From Cyanophora paradoxa CCMP329 (lineage: Eukaryota; Plantae; Glaucophyta), in the NCBI GenBank assembly GCA_004431415.1, contig QPMI01000443.1, positions 1 through 12,117 of the forward strand: a stretch of DNA of 12,117 bases, in the 5' to 3' direction. How positions within the stretch are numbered: position 1 is the first letter of the stretch; every line of letters starts with the position of its first letter. A program made the translations under genes and the position numbers. This document shows, piece after piece, positions 1-9,200 of the stretch. The notes beneath the pieces are model-generated. The model did no database searches, was not told the DNA's origin, and was given only the letters and a program-made list of their open reading frames with translations.

Positions 1-289
1 GGGCTCAGCACACCCAAGGCGGGCATTCGAATCCCCGTGGGAGAGACCGCCCTGTTCTACATGGTGCCGTTCGAGAACTCGGACCCCAACAGCCTGGACC
101 TGACCTCGTACACCACCCCCCTCATGGGCGTTCTGAGCGCGGAGGGTCTGGTGGAGCCCGCGGAAGAGTACGCGACACTTTCATCTCTGGGAAGCCTCAC
201 AATACGTACCCCGCCCGCCTACTATACGCTATACCCCGGCAAGCCGGTCAGGAGCACGACCTTCGAGATGCGAGGCACAGTTGTCATGG
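1..289 (+). CDS. Exon (5' partial): GLSTPKAGIRIPVGETALFY...RGTVVM
   Basis: Frame 1 is open from base 1 with coding-like codon usage; donor gtacgc at 290. Confidence 0.7.
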
Positions 290-3200
290 GTACGCACGGA
301 GCGTCTAGATTTGCCCGTTAGGTCAACTGACCGCTGAACAGGACTGGATATTGTGCAGCATGTCCAACTTTTATACACGCATAAGGTGCGCTTATGACCA
401 TGATCACGTGAATGCTCATGCAACCTCTTCGCTCTATAATTACACGTGCATGCACGTATTTTGCGCGCGACCACATTCATCTGCCTTGTCCTTCTCTGTT
501 TTGATTAACACGGGTGTGCAGATGTACGATTCGATAGAGCTGAACGGGCAGCGCGCGAACAATGACACGAACGCATACCTCGCGGTATGGGGAGACATGT
601 GCCGCTCTTGCAAGGACAAAGCTTGGTTCCTGAAGCCGCCCTCCGAGCCCGAGAGGACGGCATTCTCCAGGCAGCTGGTAGTGTTTCAAGTTGAGACGTT
701 CGAATGCTCCAGAGTGCTCATCTGGTTCGTGTTGGAATCGAGGTGGTTCTGCTGCGGATGCTCTCGTCGTTGCTAACGCCACTTTCCCGTCAGCGCCACC
801 TGCTATGTCCGCTGCATCATTTCTCCTGTGCGTCTTGTGGCTCACGCTTGCGCTTCGCTTTAATTTTGTTGCGGAACAAAAAATCGATTTGATGCGTTTT
901 TGGGCAGCCCTTTATGAAGGTTGGGCTCCTCCCGGACGATTTCAACATAACAATCTCCGGAGGTGTTGACGTTTTCCGCTAGCAGATAGTTTCTCTTCTT
1001 TTGCTGATCTTGCGTGTCCGCGTTCTCAGGAAAAATATTCAAAGCGACAAGCGACGGGTCGAACGTCATCCTGGACATTCAGGCGGGCTTTGAGCTCCGT
1101 GTGTTGCAATCTAGGGACTGACGGATGGATTGCAGGGCGATCTCGCCAGCGCCGTCCCCGGCTCGAACGCTCTCGTCATCGACGTGCGGTACTACGTTGG
1201 CGGCAAGCACATCCCGTCGAGCCCCAAGAGGATTACACTGCAGCCGTTTGAGGTGGAGTGCAACGTGAAGCGCGGCGACCGCTGTCGCGTTGCGAAAGGC
1301 AGCTTCTCGCGCTTCGATGTGTCGGTCTGTGGAAGTCTTCTGTTAGAGCACCGGTACCTTGCTGACTGCCGTCACAGCGTGAGCCGTTCCTCCTTCCCAT
1401 CGAGTTCACAACGAATATCCAGATCCAGAGCGTCGTGAATGTCACGCGACCGGACCTGGTCGAGCTCATCTTTGTTGCGCGCGAAAGCGCGACCGGAAAG
1501 TTCACGATCATCTTTGGCGGCCTCGACACGAACGACACGGACCCTTCCCGCCTCTTCATCACCGCCTCGTCCGACCTGTCCGATCCAGACGTGAAGCCTC
1601 TGGACGGCGTCTACCTCGCCAACCAAGTCATCGAGGTCGTGCTGCTGGACGAGCCCCGCGGGCTCGTCTGCGCACCAACCCGGCTCGCCCATGCCCGGGT
1701 CGCCAACTGCACGGCTCTGACCCTCCCGAACTCCCCTCCGGTATACCCCCGGACTTTATCTGGACCAACACGTTCCCTCCTCAGCTGGAACCGCTTCCGA
1801 ATATTACCACTGACGCGTTGGGCGACGTCGTTACGATTCCCATTCGTGCTCACGATATTCCACTGACGCCGAACATCACCATCTGGATGAATTGGATTGA
1901 ACCTCTGCAGTTCCAGTCGGCGCTCGCTGCCGGGCCCGCGGATCTCACGTTCATCTGTGCGCGCTCTTTTGTATCAAAATATTATTAATCTATAAGCAAA
2001 TTCGAACTTTCTTTGCGCAGCGGCGCGGCTGTGGTGCTTCTACGACAAGACCATCCCTCGGAATCTGGTTGACTGCACCATCATCCGCATCGGCCAGAGC
2101 AAGCCGCTTTTGCCTTCGGACTTCCTAGCCCCCGTTATCGTGACGCCGAAGGGCACTTACTCGTCTTCGCCAACACCTTACGTTATCATGGCTGGTGGAA
2201 ACGTGCGAGTTCTAGATCTGCAGAGTCTGTTCTGCACGCTTTTACTAAGAACTAGCAGGTCACTTTCTCCCTGCCAAACACGGGCAGCGTGCCAGGAGTC
2301 ATCATCGTCACTGTGCCGTACAGCCCAGCAGTCGGCGGTGGCAACGTAGGCACAGAGTACATACCCCCAAACATCATGATCGAGCTCGCCTGCGATCACA
2401 CGACGAGGGCGCTACGCCAAACGACAACCTGCCACGTGAGTCTGGCGTTATTAATATTGCAAGCACGTGCACGTTTGCCGCCTCAATCGACCTGACATGG
2501 TTATTATTAGGTCACCAAGAATGCTAATTCGATCGACGATTTCACTTCTGGCGATATCGACATTTCGTGGGTGGGGCCGAACGGCACCGTGTCGCTGGGC
2601 GCGCCGGTCGACACCGCTTTGAGCATCGTCGACTTTGACGTCACGGCCCTCGTGCTGGAGGGCGTCGGCAAAGTGCGGGCGGTCGTTTCTGGCGACGACC
2701 GCTTCAAAGACTGGGACTTGACCGTCACAACAAACTTGGCTCTGAACTGCCCGAAGAGCCGAATGGCCGCCGGGCAGAGCATGACATGCACAATTTCCGC
2801 CAACACGGCTCTTATCGCCTCCGACATCAAGGGCGGGTACTCGTCGAAGGGCGCCCTGACGTTTGGAACCGTCACCGCCAGTGCCGGCCAGCTCAGCCTG
2901 CCTGTCACTGGGACAAAGGGCGCGTCTCCGCACCAGATTGCGGTCCTCTTGCCGAACAACGATCATGTTCTTCCGCTGGATCTGCCAATTGTCGAGATCG
3001 TGAACATCCACTGCAGGCCCTCGGTCAAGAACACGCGCCTGCTTTATAACACGCGCGCGAGCTGCTCGTACCTGAAATCTGCCACCTCGGCGGACCTTCT
3101 TCCCACGGACATTTCATACGCGCCCAGCCCGAATACGATGACCCTAAGCACCGCTATTCCCGGTGCCAACGGAACTCTGAACTTCACATACACGGCGGAT

Positions 3201-6200
3201 GCCTTTTGCGGCACGGCCGGCTGCACGCTCGATGTCCAGTACTCCACCGACCTCGGCGGTGCGACGGTGGCGGCGGCGTCGAACAAGTTCTTTGTCATCG
3301 ACATAAGCTCGGAGACGCACCCGTCGGGCAGAAAGGCGCGCGGGTTTGTGGAAGATGCGGTGTTCGAGAAGACGGCAAACCAACCGAATCTTATTCCAAC
3401 GGATGTAGCCCCCGTCTGGTCGTCGAGCAACTTCATGGTTTCGGGCACGCCCGTAGTCAAGTCAGGGGGTGGCCTGACGGTCTCTCTCAGAACCTCAGCT
3501 GGGGTAGTCAATGGAATATACACGGTGCGTGCCTGCACGACCATAAAGATGCACCAAAACTCTGATAATCGCGCGTCCCCGGCGCTCTGACAGATTTTCT
3601 GGTCAAGCATTGTTGTGGATGAGGTCATCGAGGGACGCAAGTCAATGATCCCAGAAACGACGATTAGCATCGTGCGCGACTTAAATTCGATCATGAAGCA
3701 GGAAGCCTCTCCAGGGTTCAACTCAGATTGGTCGCGCCTCCCGCAGATTGATGTTACGCTCTCTTGCGCCGGCAAGACGGATCCCACGCTGAGAATCCTG
3801 TTCGGGACGGTTGTGAGCTGCGTCGTCCCGAAGACAGCAACGTCCGCAGACCTGGAGGCAAACGACATCGCCACCCCAGTGGTCAGCGCTTCGCACGCAA
3901 CCGTGACGGACTTTACTTCAACTCTGCCGAACCAGTTCTCGTTCACGTACGCATGCACTCATCGTCCACATTGCTGTCGGTGCAGGCTTGATTTGACCTC
4001 TTCGCCCAGGTACACGGTCCTGGATCCCCCTGCCAGTGGCGCCGATTCGCTCTTGCTCTACTGGGGCAGCGGCGTGACTGCAGGCCAGCTGCTTGCCGAG
4101 CTCCGGAACGTCAGCTTCATCAGCGCAGAGCTTGTCACCGATCGCCAGCGCGTGCGACAGGGCGTGAGCGTCGTAGGGAACATCCGCCGCATCCCGCCGT
4201 CGGCGCCGCTTCTGCTGAGCGACTTCACCAACCTCGCGTTTTCCGGCGCCTACGCAGTAATCAACTACACTACCTACATTGCGAGCAACGCAACAGGCAA
4301 TGTGAACTTCACCGCCCGAGCTACAATTACCGGCGAGGGCGAAAACTTTTCGGTGGATTACTCCTCTAACGTAATCGGCGGCGGAGGCGCCGTTCCCGGC
4401 ACGCCACCCCTCGATGTCGTCGGTCCGCATGCGCACTTCAACTTCGAAGCAAAATGAAGCGCGCTGAACTCGTTGATGATGCCTTCCCCGCAGATGTGCG
4501 TGCAACTACGCCTATCACGTGCGACAAGACGCGCGTGGGGCTCAACAGCATCATCACTTGCGAGGTCTTCAAGTCGGACAGCTCTCCTCCGTTGCAGCGC
4601 ACCGACTTTTTGGTGCGTTGAAAAAACCCTAGGCCTGATCTATAATGATCTGTAATTTTAAAAAATAAATCTAATCTCGAATACGACAGGACCCCTACTT
4701 CAATCGGCTCTCGGAGTCGACAAATGTGACAGATTACGGGCTCGTTTTCCCGTACCAGCCAACTGTGGTCAACGGGTGCGCACCGTGCTTGAGCTCTGCG
4801 ATCGAGTTGAGAATGAGCCGGCGCATTCGATTTTGGCAGACCTGCATTCGAGTTCCGCCTTCGCTGGGCCCCCGAACTCGTGGCGGGGACTGCAGGAGCC
4901 ACACCTCTGTTCGTGATTTCTGCCAGTGTGCAGTGCAGCAACTCGAGGCGCAACCCGGCAGCGCTGGGTGAGCGGTCAATGATATAGTGACTTTAAAGTA
5001 ATTTCGCCCCTATGCGTGCACTTTTCAAACCGTCCGCTGCGGTCCGCAGCCACGTGCCAAGTTTCGCCTGTTGCAAACAGCGCCCCCCTGCAAGTGACGG
5101 ACCTCCGCCTGACAGCAAGCAACCCCAGCCTGCTCCGGTCCGAGACTCCGATTTCGATCCAGGGCACCGACGGCGCCATCCTTTTATCCGCAACTGCTCT
5201 GATGGCAACGCCGACGACGGGCATGCTGGCGCAGTGGTCTGAAGAAGCAAGCACTTTAATACGTATAATCCTTTGCTGTCATATGTACAGTAATATTGAA
5301 CCTCGTGCGTAGCTCGGGAACGGAACCCTCACGAGCTTGCCAGTGACGATCGTCGATGCTGTGCTGAACTGCGTACCGCGAACGATCCCCGGCCGCCTCG
5401 TGCCCTGCAATGTCACGCGAGCCGGTAACTCCCCGGCCCTGCAGCTGAGCGACTTCTTCCGCGCGGTCTATGTCATCGGACGCGGGCAGTCCTTCGTGAA
5501 CGCCCTGCAGACGACCTCTGGTGTGGACGGATTCACATTCCGAGTTCCCGTCCCGTCCGCCTCGCAGCTCGCCTCACTGAATGCCCTGGGCAACGCCACC
5601 TTTGCCAACGTCTCTGTCGTATTTAACGGCGATGTCCTGGGCAAGTATGCCTCCCGGGCGAGCCTCATACACTTCATCTCCGCAACGTTCAGCTGCAACC
5701 GGACCCGCGCGCGGCGATTCTCGATCGTGCCCTGCCGTGTCACCCCACGCCTTGGGCCGATGGACCCCTCGGACGTCGCCCTGCCCACGTCAAACAACAC
5801 TCAGGTCCTGAAAGGCCTGTCGGTCGGTCCTCCATCGGAGCCTGGCATCGTGCGCCGTCTTTAATTTTGCAACAGCAATTTCTTTATTTTTTGCCATACT
5901 TACACTCGCTATCGCTCGAAGATTATTGCCGAGGTCAACGCAACCACACTTGTCACGAACGGTCCTATCAACGCCCTGTACCAAGAGATCGTCGGGGGTG
6001 GTCTTATCGGCCGCGCGAACTTGACGGTCATCGACGCTGCCGCCCGCTGCAACTTGACGCGCATCGCCGTTGGCGCCGCTGTCGAGTGCTTGGCGGAGGG
6101 CGTCGCGGGCTCCCCACCGATTCTGATTTCAGACCTCGATTTTTCGGGGGCGTCCGTTCCCGGCGGAGCCATCCAGACCGGAGTACCTTTCGTGAAAAGT

Positions 6201-9200
6201 GGCAACCCGACGCTCATTGCTGTCGGCGTGCGGGCGGAGAGCGCCGTCCCAGTCGCATTCAAATGGTCGCAGTCGATCGGAGGCGGGGACCTGGTCCAGC
6301 ATCTTGTGGACGTGGTGCGGGCCGTCCTGCACTGCCCAGAGCGTGTGCGCGAGAACATCGATGTACTGTGCACCTTGGGGCGTATGGCCGGCGCCCCCCC
6401 GCTTCTGACGACGGACTTTCTGCCCGACGCTGCACTGCCGGAGGACTCGGCCACCGTGCTGCAGCCGCAACCGCATGTCCAGCAGCTTGGAAACGTCTCT
6501 CTCAGCATTCAGCCTGCGGGCCTCCGGCTGGGTGGAATCGCCATCTCGGTCCACTACAACTCGAGTCTGCATCCCGCATCGCCCCACGTCGACCAGTCAC
6601 CCTCGACGGTCTTCCTAATTGCCGCCGTCCTTTCCACAAACGTGACCCGCGTGACCGTCGGTGCCCCTGTCGGCGTCACTCTTGCCCGGAAGAATGGTTC
6701 AGAGCCTCTCCTTCCCACCGATTTCGAGGGGATCTGGTTCCAGAACCCAGGCTCTGGGGGCAGCGTCTCCCCGACCTCGGCCCTCGTCCCAGTCGAAACG
6801 ACCAGCGAATTCCTGAAGTTCCTTGTGAGACCGACCATGCCCGGCGAGCCGGTGCGCCTGTGGGCAAACTATAGCAGCATCGTTGGTGGCGGCCTTGTGA
6901 ACGACGTAAACGTCATCGTGCTGGAGGCAACGGTTTCCTGCTCGCCCATCCGCGTCGTCATCGGCGCAGTCATTACATGCCTCGTCTCGCGCACGGAGTC
7001 ATCACCGGCCCTCCTGGCGTCCGACCTGACTGTTTCCGTGTCACCACCGAGTGCGGGCAATGCCAGCGGGCTTATCGCAGTCACGGGGAAGCCGCATCAG
7101 TGGGAGTTCACCTTTGTACCCAGCCAGCCTGTACTGGGCAGCATCAACGTGCGCTACGCGCCGCTTGTGGATCCTTCTACGCAGCACATCAACGGAAGCC
7201 CCGTACGGTTCACTTCCCTAAACGCGACTCTGCGGTGCAGCCCGCTGCGCCGCCACGTGGGCGCCGAATCCTGGTGCAACGTCACGAAGGCCCCGACCGG
7301 TGGCGACCTGTTCCCTTCCGACTTCGTCATTCGTTCCTCTCCAGCGGGTACCGGCGGCGCGATTGGGCCCCTTCCAACCATCAACGGATCCCTGCAATTT
7401 AACTTCACAGCGACAACGCCCACAGGGCCTAACGGAGAGCGCGTTGAGGTAATCGCAACTCGCGCCTGCTTTTTGTCATGGGCGGCACTCATGATCGCGC
7501 CCTCGCAATTGCAGATTCAGTGGCACTCATCGTTGACGGGCGGACTGCCGAACCCGAGTGTGAACGCTGTGCTAGCCAACGTCGTCGTTGTTATTAACGC
7601 GACCCTGCGCTGCCCACCCCGTGTTGGCCTCGCGTCCAATTTCTCATGTGTGCTTGTTTCGCCAACGGGCTCAGCTCCGCTCCTTCCAAGTGACTTTGCG
7701 GACCTTGGACGCCTCTCGCCTGCGGATCCGGACACTGAGGGCTCCGGAACACCAGTTGCCACAAGCATGAATGAAGTGTTTATCTCGCACCAGCTGCTAG
7801 TGGGCTCGGCGACCGTTCCGGCCATCGGCGTGCTTTCGCTGCAGCTTTTCGAAGTGGGCGAGGTGTGGCTTCGTCCGCAGTGGAGTCTGCTGGTTGGGAA
7901 TGGCTTCGTGCGCCCAGCTCCGGTCGACGTGATCGGCGCCCGTCTTTCGTGCCCATCGCGCAGCATTTTCGTGCTCACCTCCGTGCGGTGCGTTGTGACC
8001 CGGCTCACGGGCTCGTCGGAAGCGGTGCTGTCGGACCTCGACCCTGCAGCGTTCATCCTCCCCACCATTCCGGCCGGCCAAATTCCCTACGCGGAGCCCT
8101 CCGCTGTGCAAGCCCTTAACGCGAACGGCACGGGCATCTACGTTGACGTCAAGGGGCTTCGGATCACTGATGACCTCGCTGACCAGGGAGACAACTTGAA
8201 GATCTTTGTGCGCTACGCGCTTCGGAATAGCGTCCTCGATGCACCGACACCCTTCGTGACGGACGCGCCCCAGCCGCTCCAGGCAAGCACTCACGCCCTT
8301 TTCTGCATTTGGCCTTCAATTTCTCATTTATCCATGCGCATACGTAGGTTCAAGGCTCAATGACCATCATTTCGTCCTATGTTCTGGACAACGGTGCCCG
8401 CAGCCCTCGCAATTCGAATTCACCCACTTGCGCTTTGCAGAGTGCTAAATGTGTTATCAGGCATTCAAGTAGCCGTGACGTTTAATTATCCAGCACGCCG
8501 CGAGCCCGAGAGACTGCCAGCGACCTTCTATCTGACCGATGAGTCGGCCGCCAAGCTCGGAACCGGCGAGTCATTTCTTCTCTTGCAATTGCAGCTTCAT
8601 ATTCCATCATACGCGTATTTCTGAACGCGCTCGCTCAGGGGCGACCGCTTTCTGGTCCGGCCAGGACACTATTGTGTTTTCCATCATGCCGGACTCGACC
8701 GTTGTCATTGGCGACCTTCTCTTCTTCCGCATTCCGATCTACCGGGGCGACACTGCCACTGACGAGCGCTTCAGAGGCTTCTTCATCGTGCGCATTTCGA
8801 GCTCTGGAATTGCTTGCGCTCATTGCTTCCCAGGTCTCTGTTGGCGACAATTTTGCTCCCGTCATCTCAGCCACGTTCCCCGAAATCGTAGCGGTCTGCC
8901 GTAGGGCCCGCATTGTCGCCTTCCCGATCTCTGGAACGGGTCGCCGGCCTCTGACCTACTACTGGTCGTGCGTCGACGAGGCCACATGCAGCTCGCTGGC
9001 AGAGCGTTCCGTGACCGTCAACACTACGCACAACGACACTTTGATTGTACCGGACGACGTTCCGCACACGCGTGACTACAGGCTCTCGGTGTACGCCCGG
9101 AACTACCTCGGCGCGAAGTCCAACACCGTCCAGGTCAAATTATACAAGTCCGGACTATTCGTGCGCCACTGAGCTGGTGTACCAGTACTAAATTCAAAGC

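Larger units (their letters stand above)
908..8282 (+). repeat. Protein-level tandem array of ~21 divergent ~100-aa beta-sandwich-like repeats
   Basis: Recurrent spliced motif [V/I]xAxLxC..R..[V/L]G....C.[V/I].....S[P/A]PLLPSDF ... F.F ... [W/Y]S..[V/L]GGG at ~300 coding-nt spacing. Confidence 0.85.

Noticed and set aside
4623-4632. Telomere/telo-box-like aaaccctag in an intron
   Set aside because: Single copy in an AT-rich intron; expected by chance.
5867-6874. 335-aa alternative-frame + strand ORF
   Set aside because: Arg/Pro-rich off-frame translation typical of high-GC coding DNA; it starts within an intron.
2451-8294. Long minus-strand ORFs (e.g. 3044-3958, 5909-6508, 7517-8068)
   Set aside because: They are antisense shadows of GC-rich + strand exons with no recognisable motifs; all splice signals are on the + strand.
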